From: a virus
Taxonomy: Duplodnaviria; Heunggongvirae; Uroviricota; Caudoviricetes
Virus record (IMG/VR): IMGVR_UViG_3300021255_000114
Span: 103,942 to 167,941 of that record
DNA: 64,000 nt
Direction: 5' to 3' (one strand)
The position numbers and the translations under genes are program-made. Of the stretch, positions 1 through 11,257 are shown in pieces (within the stretch, counting starts at the first letter, position 1; the number at the start of each line of letters is the position of its first letter). The notes beneath the pieces were generated by a model that worked only from the letters and a program-made list of their open reading frames with translations, ran no database searches and was not told where the DNA came from.

Positions 1-1
1 G

Positions 2-376
2 TTTATAACCAATAAAACAGCAAATGCTACATATGCAAAACGAATAAACAGTATAACATTTACGCCAGAATGTAATCATGTTTATGAAATTTGTGGCTTG
101 GGTGTTGATTATTCTCACAGCCAATATATGTATAAACTCCTCGGAAATGGGACGACAGATACAGAAGCAGAAACACAAGGCATAATACCACAAGGTGCAA
201 GTGTCACTACAATACAACCACAGACCGGTACAGAGGGTTATACAAGTTTGGCTGATTTGACATATTATAACCCAATTTCAGCAAGCAGCCTTGGGAATTA
301 TGTTAAGGCACGACCACGAACACAAACAGAGGACATGTCTTATTACCAAGTTGTCGAGGTTTGCCAAACCGCCTAA
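2..376 (+). CDS. 3' end of a gene starting before the window (likely virion/tail protein)
   Basis: Frame is open from base 2 to TAA at 376; Thr/Ser/Tyr-rich; sits upstream of repeat-domain structural genes. Confidence 0.6.
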   Translation, partial: FITNKTANATYAKRINSITFTPECNHVYEICGLGVDYSHSQYMYKLLGNGTTDTEAETQGIIPQGASVTTIQPQTGTEGYTSLADLTYYNPISASSLGNYVKARPRTQTEDMSYYQVVEVCQTA

Positions 377-408
377 TTATTATTAAGAAAAAAAAAACAC
401 AATACAAA

Positions 409-2907
409 ATGGATTGTTCATGGATTAAAATATATGATGCCCCCATAAACGGAAAACTTTTAGACCCTAATACTTTATATAGTAATGAGATAATATATGT
501 GGATATTAGTAAATTGCCTGAAGAATATGAATTCATTGCATGGAAAGATTTGCAAGGAAACATTCTTGACGATAGCATTATTGAAAAAGTGGACGATGGG
601 TGGTATAAAACAAGTGTTTCATGTGGTGGTGGATTTGTTGCTTATGTGAAAACAAAAGAAGAGAAAATTTGTTTAGTCGTTGTGGAGTGTGACACAAATA
701 GAGGGATTGTCCAACGTGGAGAAAAATACAACATGTGTAATGAAACCACTACAATAACGGCTATACCTAAATGCTGTTACGAATTTGAAAAATGGAGTGA
801 TGCGGATCCTGTTGAAAATTTGAAACCTGAGAGAAATATAACGGTATTGCAAGGGGTTAACACATATACAGCAACATTCATCGAGAAACAGTTTCCTATC
901 TCCGTTTCAGTGAACGACGATACTTTAGGCACGGCAACAATATCACCTAACACAGTTAAATGTGGGGAGTCTTTTACATTGACTGCCACTCCATCAAATA
1001 ATTGCGTATTCGATAGTTGGAAACCCGGTGGATATACAGAATCCACCTTGACCATTGAATACAAATGCAATGACCCACGCAGCTATGTAGCATACTTTAG
1101 CAAAATTCCACGATATACCATCACATACCATTACAATTCCCCTGACGGTCAGGATATCAAAATTGTTGATGAATTCTATAAGAATGATGAATTTGTCTAT
1201 AGAACAATAAGTGACTCCAATTATATTTTCTGTGGATGGTCGTTTGATCCAGAACTTCAGATATGTCCTGAAGACGAAGGTTGTGACTGTGTTGAGATTA
1301 AACCTAATACACCAGGAACATTCGATTATCCTGATAGTATTGACCTCTATGGAGTATGGAAGGCAAAAATTGAATATACGTTACGTTATTTTGGAACACC
1401 CATAGAACCCGATGCCCCATGGGGTGAAGAGTATTCCGTTGAATCATATGAAGGGGATTTAGTGACTTTAATGAGACCTAATGCACAGGAAGGCTATGAT
1501 TTCAAAGGTTGGATTGTAGTGAATAAAGATGAAGAACCCGATCGAACCAAACAAGCCATCACCGGTCAAATTCCTATGAAAGAAGGTGGTTTGGATGCAT
1601 ATTCGGTATGGACCAATGATACCACATACACCCTAGAATATTTCATCAACGATGGTATCGGAACAGTTGTATATATTAACAATATTACACAAGGGCAAGA
1701 ACTGAAAGTAAAATCACCAAATGAACTAGGATTCAATTTTACATGCATCATATTCGAAGCATGGACAGGAAGTGATGGGAATCGGTATACACCCGGCGAT
1801 GCAATTACCATCACGCAAAAACGTACAACTTTAAGTGCGAATTGGATTGAGGATAAGGTTAGGCTTGATTATGACACGTCAAGTGCTGATTCGGGTGTGG
1901 TAGCATCAGTTACAGAATGTAAAGGAAGTGAGGTCATTTTAAACGATGGTCGTGATATTTCTAAAACAGGATATACTTTTGGCGGATGGTCGACATTTGG
2001 CGGTACTCCATTAAACTCCCCCATTACCCTCAATTCAAATTTGATTGTTTATCCTATATGGAATAAAATACCTGAATACACGGTAAAATATATCACCAAT
2101 ACATGTGACCCGATTTCAGACACAGAAAAATACGAAAAAGGAGGCACCGTTATGGTTCAGGAATGCAAGTGTACATCCGAAACAGGCTGCAATTGCATTG
2201 GTTGGATAGACCAAAATGGTGAGAAACACTTAAACAGCACTTCATTCACCATAACACAGAATATGGTTCTCACTGAATATTTCGGTTGCTGTGTAACATT
2301 CCTTACAAACGAAGAGACCGCTGTCTTAACAATAAAGGGAGAAACAATTGAATGGGGTAAAAGTGCCAACATTGATGATGATTTCGTTTTTGATGTGACG
2401 GTTGAAGAAGGCTGTTGTTTTGAAGGCTGGTTTGATGTTGATAGTGGGTTATTTATATACCCATGTGCAGATGAAACTATTTCTGGTTATACTTACAAAC
2501 TCATTCCGGGTGCCTACGTAAAATTTATCAACAATGACAATGTAAAATTCTTCAACGATACTGGCTTCATCACACAGATTAATGAACGACATGAGACTTA
2601 TAACGATAAACCAATCATCTGTAACAGGGATACAGGTGAATATCGTCAAGTCATACCGAATTGTGAAAACGAAGCATACTCACTGCCATGCGGTAGAACT
2701 GTTGTGGCAGTTATCAATTGCGGCATGTTTCAGGAAACCATTGAACCCGGTCCTGATTATCACACATATGAAGGAAATTTCGACACCTTATATGATTTTC
2801 TGAACGAAAGGGAGGGTGAGGAAGAATTCTTTGAACACAATCTCGTTAGAATAAAAGGTGTACCACGATACTTTGATTATAGTAAGTGTAATAACGAACA
2901 GAATTAA
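409..2907 (+). CDS. Cys-rich protein with Listeria-Bacteroides (InlB B-repeat/Flg_new-like) repeats; putative virion surface protein
   Basis: Repeated GY.F.GW motifs (YIFCGWS, GYDFKGW, GYTFGGWS) followed by LY/VY.xW; ATG at 409 preferred to TTG at 361. Confidence 0.7.
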   Translation: MDCSWIKIYDAPINGKLLDPNTLYSNEIIYVDISKLPEEYEFIAWKDLQGNILDDSIIEKVDDGWYKTSVSCGGGFVAYVKTKEEKICLVVVECDTNRGIVQRGEKYNMCNETTTITAIPKCCYEFEKWSDADPVENLKPERNITVLQGVNTYTATFIEKQFPISVSVNDDTLGTATISPNTVKCGESFTLTATPSNNCVFDSWKPGGYTESTLTIEYKCNDPRSYVAYFSKIPRYTITYHYNSPDGQDIKIVDEFYKNDEFVYRTISDSNYIFCGWSFDPELQICPEDEGCDCVEIKPNTPGTFDYPDSIDLYGVWKAKIEYTLRYFGTPIEPDAPWGEEYSVESYEGDLVTLMRPNAQEGYDFKGWIVVNKDEEPDRTKQAITGQIPMKEGGLDAYSVWTNDTTYTLEYFINDGIGTVVYINNITQGQELKVKSPNELGFNFTCIIFEAWTGSDGNRYTPGDAITITQKRTTLSANWIEDKVRLDYDTSSADSGVVASVTECKGSEVILNDGRDISKTGYTFGGWSTFGGTPLNSPITLNSNLIVYPIWNKIPEYTVKYITNTCDPISDTEKYEKGGTVMVQECKCTSETGCNCIGWIDQNGEKHLNSTSFTITQNMVLTEYFGCCVTFLTNEETAVLTIKGETIEWGKSANIDDDFVFDVTVEEGCCFEGWFDVDSGLFIYPCADETISGYTYKLIPGAYVKFINNDNVKFFNDTGFITQINERHETYNDKPIICNRDTGEYRQVIPNCENEAYSLPCGRTVVAVINCGMFQETIEPGPDYHTYEGNFDTLYDFLNEREGEEEFFEHNLVRIKGVPRYFDYSKCNNEQN

Positions 2908-3890
2908 TGACACATACAATACAATATATTATTGAAACTGATGACGATGTAAGGCTTGAATATATCGAGTCCCCGTATGTTCCCTATTTTCAACCGGAAT
3001 GGATTGAGGGGGTTAATGATCTCAATAGTATAGATGATGCCGACCCCAATAATATCGACACGCCATATCTTATAAGGGTAAGCAGCAGTAGTGGTTATGC
3101 ATATTATACAAAAACACTCCGTCTATCGTGGAATACAGTTAATTTTAGGATTTTAATTCTAATTGACGGGGCTGAAGGGAGTAACAGTTTCGTTTATGAA
3201 GGTTATAATTCTTTCGTAAAAACAAAAAGGGTTGGTTCTGAAATATATGCCACTGTTCAGAAAAATAAACACTCGGAAAGCCGTGAAGCCATTATAAATA
3301 TAAGTTATTCTTCAGACGACACTATTAATACTACATTAAGAATATTGCAAGAACCGTGTGATATTCAATTAAAAATACTTACGTGTGAAATCAATAATGG
3401 AAATGATACTGTGGAGTATGCAGTTGCATCTGATACATTCGAATATGAATTTGACACATTAACTGACAAATCCGACATACAAAAACAAAGCCTTAGGTTT
3501 ACAATGGATGTTCATGGTATAACAAAACGTTTTTTTGTGAAAAGCATAAGGGAATATGTGGATGTTGGTGAGATTGATGAAACATACAAATACATCAACG
3601 GCAAATACTACAGAAGACAGCAGAGATATAGTGACGGTGATTTTGTAACCTATTACGCTGAAGCGGTGGTAATAGATAATATAGGTTACCAGATGAAGAA
3701 TTACGATAAAGCGTTCCACATTGAAACTCCCGACAATGCTACGCTCATACTCACCAATTACGGCAGAGTCTTCCTCGAGAATAATGCATTCTACATTCTC
3801 ACACTTGCGAACTATGATGATATCAATACAACATGTCAGATAAAAATAAAATATGCCAATAACCCGAGTAATTACTTATCAATCACATGA
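2907..3890 (+). CDS. BACON-like domain protein, putative structural
   Basis: TVQKN...REAIINIS...LRILQEP pattern; start overlaps upstream stop. Confidence 0.55.
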   Translation: MTHTIQYIIETDDDVRLEYIESPYVPYFQPEWIEGVNDLNSIDDADPNNIDTPYLIRVSSSSGYAYYTKTLRLSWNTVNFRILILIDGAEGSNSFVYEGYNSFVKTKRVGSEIYATVQKNKHSESREAIINISYSSDDTINTTLRILQEPCDIQLKILTCEINNGNDTVEYAVASDTFEYEFDTLTDKSDIQKQSLRFTMDVHGITKRFFVKSIREYVDVGEIDETYKYINGKYYRRQQRYSDGDFVTYYAEAVVIDNIGYQMKNYDKAFHIETPDNATLILTNYGRVFLENNAFYILTLANYDDINTTCQIKIKYANNPSNYLSIT

Positions 3891-4804
3891 AATCCGTAAA
3901 TTTTAAATATTTTGGTGGCAGCGAAAAGGTTTCAATGGCGACAACAGCATCCAACGTTTCTTATACAATTATACATCCAGAACATTGTGATTGGCTTAAA
4001 TATTCTATAGCTACCACATCACTAACAATTACAGTCGAAAAAAACATATCCTACATAAAGAGAAAATGCAGATTGACTGTTATTGACAGCAACAATAATT
4101 CTGATTATATAGACATATCTCAAGACGGATACACTAACCTTCTCATAGATTTATCGGCTTATGTGGTTATACCATATACCTACTATAGCCACAGTGAAAC
4201 GTATGACTTGCCAATCAGGGTATATGGTGGCAGTGGGGAATTCATAACTGACGTTGAAATATCGAACAAAATAGAACGGGTGTTCGACGACAGTAGTCTA
4301 TACAATGACTATATTTTCCATATCAGCAAAGAAACAAACGGAACATTTACATTTAGGCATGCGGACATGAATGAATACATAGACTATTGCAAACAGAATA
4401 ATATGCCATATGACGGTACAAAATTATTAAAGCGGATTGTTGTAAGGAATGTATCAAAAGAGGTGATGGATGGCTACACACAGTTTTCTTATCTCGGGCA
4501 AGAATACATCAATACCCTTCCACCAACCATTACAATAAGTCATAGCATACCGAGCACCATAACCGTAGATTATAGTTGCTTTTTTACAAAAGACATGAAT
4601 TTTATCGAAGTAACAGATTTTCTTGTGGACGCCCCCAAGGATTGGGTTAAGGCATTTTACGACAATATAAATAAAAAAATCTATCTGAAAGCCACTGCTA
4701 AAAATGCGCTAACAGATAGACGTGGTATGATTACCGTAAGAAACCCGTATAATCCGAGACAAACTTACTCAACAACCATTATACAAAAAACCTCAAAGGT
4801 TTAA
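3887..4804 (+). CDS. Protein with two BACON-like Ig domains, putative structural/adhesion
   Basis: DWL...ITVEKN...RKCRLTV...ISQ and DWV...ATAKN...RRGMITV...IIQ. Confidence 0.65.
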   Translation: MKSVNFKYFGGSEKVSMATTASNVSYTIIHPEHCDWLKYSIATTSLTITVEKNISYIKRKCRLTVIDSNNNSDYIDISQDGYTNLLIDLSAYVVIPYTYYSHSETYDLPIRVYGGSGEFITDVEISNKIERVFDDSSLYNDYIFHISKETNGTFTFRHADMNEYIDYCKQNNMPYDGTKLLKRIVVRNVSKEVMDGYTQFSYLGQEYINTLPPTITISHSIPSTITVDYSCFFTKDMNFIEVTDFLVDAPKDWVKAFYDNINKKIYLKATAKNALTDRRGMITVRNPYNPRQTYSTTIIQKTSKV

Positions 4805-5623
4805 CAACCGTTCAACATCATTGGCAACATCCTCGTAACTCTCAACGGTGAATTTGTACATACGGTAGTCATTCTCAACTTCTTTGAATTCATATGTCAT
4901 TTTATCCATATCCCAAAGTACGTAACCGTGGCCTGAAACATTTTCGCCAAGTTCTTTTTGGAAGACAGAACCGGAATATACAATCGGTACACCGTTTCTC
5001 CTCAATTCCTGCATCTTATGGATATGACCGGCCATAACACAATCACAATACATAAACAAATCGGTATCAATACCAGATTCCCCATAATGCCCAATATCAC
5101 TTACAGCGCCAACAATATCGCCGTGATACAGACCAACAATCTTTTTATCCGGATTATCGTTTCTTAGTTTCTCATCAATATTAGGTGATTTAAAATCATC
5201 AAACATAGAATAAAGAGCGAAAATGATATTGTCATCAATGACATACCCGCTTTTATAATCAAGTACTTTATCCAGGTAGGTAACATTGGGATACACTTTA
5301 TCAATGGAGAATGTAGTGCTGATAGAATCCAGTTTGGTTCTGTTATTTTGCAACATGTCGTGGTTTCCGGCAACAATATAGGTTGGACATATTTTGTTGA
5401 GATAGTTCAATAAATGGTGAAAACATTTCTTCGCCTCATTGCTTGCCTTAATCTTATTTTGATAGATGTCACCGACAATAACAATGCGTGTGCTATTTTT
5501 ACCCGTTTCTTTCACTTCCTTGGCAATGGCCTTGATAAGGTTGTTCAATTTTTCTTCCATGTGCATGTCAGAAACTGAATTAAAGATATGCACATCAGAT
5601 AAGTGTATTATATTTTTAATCAT
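4793..5623 (-). CDS. SbcD/Mre11 (gp47-like) metallophosphoesterase nuclease
   Basis: HLSDVH, GDIY, GNHD, GHIH motifs; SbcC partner at 8019. Confidence 0.85.
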   Translation of the reverse strand: MIKNIIHLSDVHIFNSVSDMHMEEKLNNLIKAIAKEVKETGKNSTRIVIVGDIYQNKIKASNEAKKCFHHLLNYLNKICPTYIVAGNHDMLQNNRTKLDSISTTFSIDKVYPNVTYLDKVLDYKSGYVIDDNIIFALYSMFDDFKSPNIDEKLRNDNPDKKIVGLYHGDIVGAVSDIGHYGESGIDTDLFMYCDCVMAGHIHKMQELRRNGVPIVYSGSVFQKELGENVSGHGYVLWDMDKMTYEFKEVENDYRMYKFTVESYEDVANDVERLLNL

Positions 5624-5766
5624 TTTTGTATGTATTTTGATTTGCGGCAGCAATTCCCGTGTGTTTTAAACGAGGGACGGAAGCCGTCATTATTTTTGCC
5701 AAATATATTACTTTTTTTTGAATTTTTACCATAGAGGACATATATTTTAATATAATTTTTACAAAA

Positions 5767-6579
5767 ATGATAAAGAAAAAAGAAGAAATAGTCGAACAGG
5801 ATCCAAGGGTTGTCCTTGGTTTAGACGTTAGTACAGCAACAATCGGAATCAGTCTTGTTGTTATAGACGATAATGGTGATATAAAACCCGTGGAGGTAAC
5901 ACACCTTCGCCTCAACACACCAACCAAAATAAAGGGTGCAAAGGCACTCTTCATGAAGAACGATATGTTTACGGAGAAATTGAAGGAATACGCCGACAAA
6001 TACATCATCGATACGGTGGTGATTGAAGAACCGCTTGTTTCATCCAACAACACCAATACAGTAAGCACACTTCTTAAATTCAACGGCATTGTATCATGGT
6101 CGGTTTACCACTCGCTTGGTGTCGTGCCCGAATACATTTCAAGTTACGATGCTCGTAAATATGGCATGCCTCAGTTGATGGCTGTAAGAAAATATGATAA
6201 AAAAGGTAACGAATACCCATACAAGAAAGTAAAGAGTGCAATTAATAAGGATGAATTGGTCCTCTTTGGGGAGTATAGTTTTGATATTGCAAAAAAGTTT
6301 GTTATATGGAACTATATTTCAGAGCGTTTCCCTGACATTAATTGGATTGAGGACAAGAAGGGTGATTTAAAAAAAGAGAACTTTGACGCTAGTGATAGTC
6401 TTATTTGTATATTGGGCTATCTGAACAAGCGCCAATATGGGGAGAGTGAACCTAAGGTTGTTTGCTGTTCTGAAGAGGAGGTCGAACACAACGGAGAAAA
6501 ATTCAAAATATTTGATTATGGGGTTGATTTCTGTGGACAAACATTTAGCAAACGGATTCAATTAACAATCAACGAATAA
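5767..6579 (+). CDS. RuvC-like Holliday junction resolvase
   Basis: LGLDVST, VIEEP, DASDS acidic triad layout. Confidence 0.75.
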   Translation: MIKKKEEIVEQDPRVVLGLDVSTATIGISLVVIDDNGDIKPVEVTHLRLNTPTKIKGAKALFMKNDMFTEKLKEYADKYIIDTVVIEEPLVSSNNTNTVSTLLKFNGIVSWSVYHSLGVVPEYISSYDARKYGMPQLMAVRKYDKKGNEYPYKKVKSAINKDELVLFGEYSFDIAKKFVIWNYISERFPDINWIEDKKGDLKKENFDASDSLICILGYLNKRQYGESEPKVVCCSEEEVEHNGEKFKIFDYGVDFCGQTFSKRIQLTINE

Positions 6580-6584
6580 CGAAT

Positions 6585-6609
6585 AAGCCACATTTTAGTG
6601 GCTTTTTTT
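6585..6609 (+). terminator. Intrinsic terminator
   Basis: AAGCCAC/GTGGCTT stem followed by T-run. Confidence 0.7.
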
Positions 6610-6637
6610 AATATTTTTATAGTATATTTGGTTCGAT

Positions 6638-7690
6638 ATGCAAATACAAGATGAAATAAAAGAATTGTTTGATACGGTATTGGGTGATCCGAGACGTGAA
6701 TATGCGGGTAGTGGCGGTTGGTATGAATATGACTGTCCGAGTTGTGCGGAAGAGAATTGTGGAATACCCGACGGCAAGTATAATCTCGCCGTAAATTATG
6801 AACTTGGCTCGGAGAATGGCATGTTCATGCATTGTTGGAAGTGTGGTTTTGCAGGTACGCTTTCAAGACTAATGCGGACTTATGGTAATCCCGAACTTTA
6901 CAGCAAGTACCGACGGTTAGTTAATGAATATAAAGAAGCACACATTTATGAAATACAGTCAGGTAAAATTGTCATCAGTGATGACATTATCGAAAAGGAG
7001 GAATTAAAGTTACCCGAAAAAACATCGTCTGTTTTTGACAACACACCTGATGGTAACAAGGCGTTGAACTATCTCCATAATAGAGGTGTTGATGATTTTA
7101 TAATAAAGAAACATAATATTAAATACGTTGGGAATGATTGGGGAAACAAATATAGGAATATGATAATCATTCCATCGTATGATACTTTTGGCGAACTGAA
7201 TTATTATTCCGGTCGTGATTTTACAGGTAAAGAGAAATACAATAAGCAAAACCCTGATATTGAGAAAACCGAAATTGTATTTAATGAAGAACTTATCAAT
7301 TGGTATGAACCCGTAACGATAGTGGAAGGACCGTTCGACCATATCGTAGTCCCGAACAGTCTCCCTTTGTTGGGAAAATCGCTTGATGACACATATTTGA
7401 TTTATAAAACCCTTATGCAAAAAGCAAAACACGTAGTCAATATCATGATGGATTCTGATGCCACGGCTACAGCACACAAGAATTACAACATACTTAACAC
7501 CGGTGAACTGAGGGATAGAGTCAGGATTATTTACTGTCCCGACGGTTATGATCCGTCTGACGTTTACAAGCATTTTGGCAAAAAAGGTATATTAAATCTA
7601 TTGGCATCAGCAAGAAAACTTGATGATTTTACATTATCCAAGTTAAATATGAATGTAAAAAAACAATTGGGAAATTTCAAAAAGAAATAG
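6638..7690 (+). CDS. DNA primase (Zn-finger + TOPRIM)
   Basis: CPSC...HCWKC zinc finger, SGR, EGPFD and DSD TOPRIM motifs. Confidence 0.85.
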   Translation: MQIQDEIKELFDTVLGDPRREYAGSGGWYEYDCPSCAEENCGIPDGKYNLAVNYELGSENGMFMHCWKCGFAGTLSRLMRTYGNPELYSKYRRLVNEYKEAHIYEIQSGKIVISDDIIEKEELKLPEKTSSVFDNTPDGNKALNYLHNRGVDDFIIKKHNIKYVGNDWGNKYRNMIIIPSYDTFGELNYYSGRDFTGKEKYNKQNPDIEKTEIVFNEELINWYEPVTIVEGPFDHIVVPNSLPLLGKSLDDTYLIYKTLMQKAKHVVNIMMDSDATATAHKNYNILNTGELRDRVRIIYCPDGYDPSDVYKHFGKKGILNLLASARKLDDFTLSKLNMNVKKQLGNFKKK

Positions 7691-7704
7691 TATATTTGTG
7701 CCAA

Positions 7705-8016
7705 ATGGATTTCGAAATAAGAATAGACAAACGTCTTTATGAGGACATAGAACAGTACTGTCAAGTCAATGGCTTAGACATTGGGAAGTATTGCACAGAT
7801 GTTTTAAGGAAACAATTAACGCTTGATAAGTATGGGGATTTAAATGAAAAATTCATCCCAAAAGAGAAACAAAGAGAAGATTATAAAACAAACATAATAG
7901 AGCCAAAACCCATCACAAAGCCCAAACCCAAGGAAATGCCTGAATCGGTAGTCGAGATACCACAGGAACTGCCGAATGAAAATAAACGCAAACATAGAAT
8001 AATTGAAACAAAGTAA
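7705..8016 (+). CDS. Hypothetical protein, possible ribbon-helix-helix N-terminus
   Basis: EIRIDKRLYEDIEQYC pattern; located between primase and SbcC. Confidence 0.55.
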   Translation: MDFEIRIDKRLYEDIEQYCQVNGLDIGKYCTDVLRKQLTLDKYGDLNEKFIPKEKQREDYKTNIIEPKPITKPKPKEMPESVVEIPQELPNENKRKHRIIETK

Positions 8017-8018
8017 AT

Positions 8019-10433
8019 ATGGTACAAGGAATTAAGCCTACAGATAAGTTAGTATTTGAGGTTCGTATGCCTCAAATTGACCGCAATGATGAAAAACTCG
8101 AAACCCTGCGAGCAGAGATTTCAAAAAAATATAATGTTCCACTAAAGAACGTTTTAGTGAAATTTGAGCCTGTCCTAGTTGATAAGAACGGGAAACAGAT
8201 TTCACTTGCGTCCGAAGTTATTGACAATATTCAAGATACAAATTTTTTCCTTGCACTATGTGGTGATTACTTAAAAGAAAAGGGTATTGTTGATGTTGAT
8301 TTCGAGGAAATTAAAAAAATAAACCAGAATGTTGAGCAGTATGTTGATTTTAATAGATACGCAAAACATAAAAAATATCGGTTCAAATATGTTAAGTGGT
8401 CTAACTATTTGTCATATGGCCCCGACAACTATTTTGATTTCACGAATCTTCATGGTCTTGTACTTTTAAATAGTCACCCTGGTAATCAGGGCGGCAAAAC
8501 AACCTTTGCCATCAATTTGCTTCGTTTTGCATTGTTCGGCAAATCCCCCAAATCCCCAAGCCTAAATGATGTCTTCAACATATATTTACCTGAAACGACC
8601 GAAGTTGTGGTAGAGGTTTGTCTTGAAATCGATGGGTGTGACTATGTAATCAAGCGTACGGTTACTCGTCCCGCTTTAAAGAAACGTACGGATAAAAGCA
8701 AGCCAAAACAGAGCGTCCAATACTACAAAGTCGTCGGTGATGATTTTGAGGAAATTGAGAATTGTGAAGGTGAAACAACTCAAGAAACAAACAACATTAT
8801 TAAAGAAACTATCGGTAATCCTGAAGATTTTGACCTGGTTATTTCCGCAACCAAAAAAACTGTTGATGACCTTTTTGAAAAGGGTAAGACTGAACAGGGC
8901 AGACTCTTTTCTCGGTGGCTTGGACTCGTCACTGTTGAACAGAAGGAGGAAATAGCAAAGGATTTGTGGAAAAAAAATATTGTACCCACATTGCAGTCGA
9001 ACAAATATAACCGTGGCACTCTTGAACTTGAGATTAAAGACTATCAAACTTGCAACAAGGAGAATGAGGCATCAATCGTTCAGGATAGTGCGAAACTTAA
9101 CGAAACCAACGAGAAAATCCTTAAACTCAACGAGGAAAAGGTTGATGTCCTTAAAAACCGGAAAGAAATTAAAGAAGATCTCAAAAAACTCGATGTTGCA
9201 ACAATCGAGAATTCAATCAGGGCAAAGAATAATGAACTTGAAATCAAGCGTGCTGATTTCAAAGAGAAAAAGGATGAATACAGCCAAATAAAGGATGCTG
9301 TATTTGATGAAGAGTTATATAAGCAAAAGAACTTAGATATCGAAAGAAAAACCAATGAAAAACAGCAACTGGAAGTTAAAAACGCCGAAATTCGCACTAA
9401 AATTGGTGCCATCAGGACTGAAATTGGACGTATTCAGAAACTTATAACAGAAGGTATTTGCCCGAATTGTAATCAAAAAATTGACATTTCGCAACAAAAT
9501 GATGCAATCGAGAAGCACGAACTTGAGGTAGAACGTCTTAAAACAAACGGCATACTAAATAAGAAAAAAATCACGTCGATTGAAGAAGACATAAAAGCCA
9601 TCAAGGAAGAAGTGCAGAAACTTGAATCCGACAGGAATAAAGTTAACCAACTGCAACGTCTTAAGCCTACGCTTACAGCAATTAAGGCAAACATAGATAC
9701 ACTTAAACTTGAAATTGAAAAACTACAGAATCAGAAAGCCGAAATTGAGACAAACAAAGACAACATTGCCTACAATAATGAAATTGACAATAAGATAAGA
9801 ATACTTGATGTTTCAATAACAGAGCAAACAAAGATTAAGGATCAGCATATTCGTAACATTGAGTCATACAATAATAATATCAAATTCAATGACAAATGCA
9901 TCAAGGAGCGTGAAGATATGATAGAAATTCTCAAAGGAGAGGAGAAAACAATACGTAATTGGGCAGTGTATCAGGAACTTGTTGGTAAAAACGGTGTTAT
10001 TAAGGTTGTGCTGAAACGTGCGCTTCCCATTATCAATAATGAGATTAAGCGTACTCTTGATGGAATATGTGATTTTGATATCGTACTTGAAGTCAATGAC
10101 AAGAACGAAGTCGAAATCAATATGGTTAACGATGGGGTCAAAAAGCCTATCGAAGTCGGAGGTTCCGGTTTCGAAACAACTTTTGCGGCTCTTGCCGTAA
10201 GGAATGCTTTGGCAACGATATCTTCATTTGCCAAGCCGTCATGTCTTGTGTTAGATGAATGCACATCTACCATCAATCCGGAGAATTACGATGTTCTTAC
10301 CGAACTCTACAAAAGGATACTATCCAATTATGATTATATAATTGATATTTGTCATACAAGTGAACTCGATGAAATTCATGATATGGTTGTCACAGTAGTT
10401 AAAGAAGGGCACTTATCAAGGATAGAAATTTAA
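8019..10433 (+). CDS. SbcC/Rad50 (gp46-like) SMC ATPase
   Basis: NYLSY, NQGGKTT Walker A, coiled coil with CPNC zinc hook, SGFE signature, LVLDE Walker B, H-switch. Confidence 0.9.
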   Translation: MVQGIKPTDKLVFEVRMPQIDRNDEKLETLRAEISKKYNVPLKNVLVKFEPVLVDKNGKQISLASEVIDNIQDTNFFLALCGDYLKEKGIVDVDFEEIKKINQNVEQYVDFNRYAKHKKYRFKYVKWSNYLSYGPDNYFDFTNLHGLVLLNSHPGNQGGKTTFAINLLRFALFGKSPKSPSLNDVFNIYLPETTEVVVEVCLEIDGCDYVIKRTVTRPALKKRTDKSKPKQSVQYYKVVGDDFEEIENCEGETTQETNNIIKETIGNPEDFDLVISATKKTVDDLFEKGKTEQGRLFSRWLGLVTVEQKEEIAKDLWKKNIVPTLQSNKYNRGTLELEIKDYQTCNKENEASIVQDSAKLNETNEKILKLNEEKVDVLKNRKEIKEDLKKLDVATIENSIRAKNNELEIKRADFKEKKDEYSQIKDAVFDEELYKQKNLDIERKTNEKQQLEVKNAEIRTKIGAIRTEIGRIQKLITEGICPNCNQKIDISQQNDAIEKHELEVERLKTNGILNKKKITSIEEDIKAIKEEVQKLESDRNKVNQLQRLKPTLTAIKANIDTLKLEIEKLQNQKAEIETNKDNIAYNNEIDNKIRILDVSITEQTKIKDQHIRNIESYNNNIKFNDKCIKEREDMIEILKGEEKTIRNWAVYQELVGKNGVIKVVLKRALPIINNEIKRTLDGICDFDIVLEVNDKNEVEINMVNDGVKKPIEVGGSGFETTFAALAVRNALATISSFAKPSCLVLDECTSTINPENYDVLTELYKRILSNYDYIIDICHTSELDEIHDMVVTVVKEGHLSRIEI

Positions 10434-10459
10434 TGCTTTTCCTTTTTATTTTTTTTTTT

Positions 10460-10488
10460 AACCACAAGAAAAATCTTGTGGTTTTTTT
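10460..10488 (+). terminator. Intrinsic terminator
   Basis: AACCACAAGA/TCTTGTGGTT stem plus T-run. Confidence 0.75.
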
Positions 10489-10552
10489 GTTTCTTTTACG
10501 AAAAAATAGTATATTTAATATAGAATAACTTAAGTTAATTTAACATAAATCC

Positions 10553-11257
10553 GTGGCACGTGATGATATAAAAAACATCGATAACCTGCAAACCTATTTT
10601 AAAGCCATAAAAAACTCTAAAGGCTTGACAAGGGAACAGGAAGCCGAACTTGGCAAAAGGATAAAATCCGGTGATAAGTCCGCAGTCACCGAATTAGTTG
10701 AGGCCAATTTACAGTTTGTTGTGAGAACAGCAAAACAATATGTAAATAGCGGGGTTCCATTAGATGATTTGATTTCTGAAGGAAATTTTGGCCTGTATAG
10801 AGCCGCAGAGAAATTCGATTACACAAAGGGTAAGAAGTTCATAACATATGCCGTATGGTGGATTAAATCATATATCCAAGATGCAATTAAGCAATACAAG
10901 GGTTGTTCCGACGAAGTTTCCCTTGAGGATTATATGAAATATGGGGATTATGGTGAGGAAACATACCAAGAGAGTGCGGAAATCGTAAATAACGAATACG
11001 AGCAAAAACTTACGGATATCCAAAGTCGCGGTATGGCAGTCGATGAACTTATGGGGTGTTTGCAAGAGCGTGAGAATAAAATATTATGCCTTTACTTTGG
11101 TTTGCATGGCAAAAAACAGATGAACCTCAAAGAAATAAGTGAAGAAATGAATATCTCATCGGAACGTGTTCGACAGATTGTCAATACCTCAATTACCAAA
11201 TTAAAGGCTAACGTACTCGGAGGTGAACATTTCGAAGAATTTCGTGATTTATATTAA
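10553..11257 (+). CDS. Sigma70-family RNA polymerase sigma factor
   Basis: LVEANLQFVV, DLISEGNFGL, KFITYAVWWI (region 2); ISSERVRQI (region 4 HTH). Confidence 0.92.
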   Translation: MARDDIKNIDNLQTYFKAIKNSKGLTREQEAELGKRIKSGDKSAVTELVEANLQFVVRTAKQYVNSGVPLDDLISEGNFGLYRAAEKFDYTKGKKFITYAVWWIKSYIQDAIKQYKGCSDEVSLEDYMKYGDYGEETYQESAEIVNNEYEQKLTDIQSRGMAVDELMGCLQERENKILCLYFGLHGKKQMNLKEISEEMNISSERVRQIVNTSITKLKANVLGGEHFEEFRDLY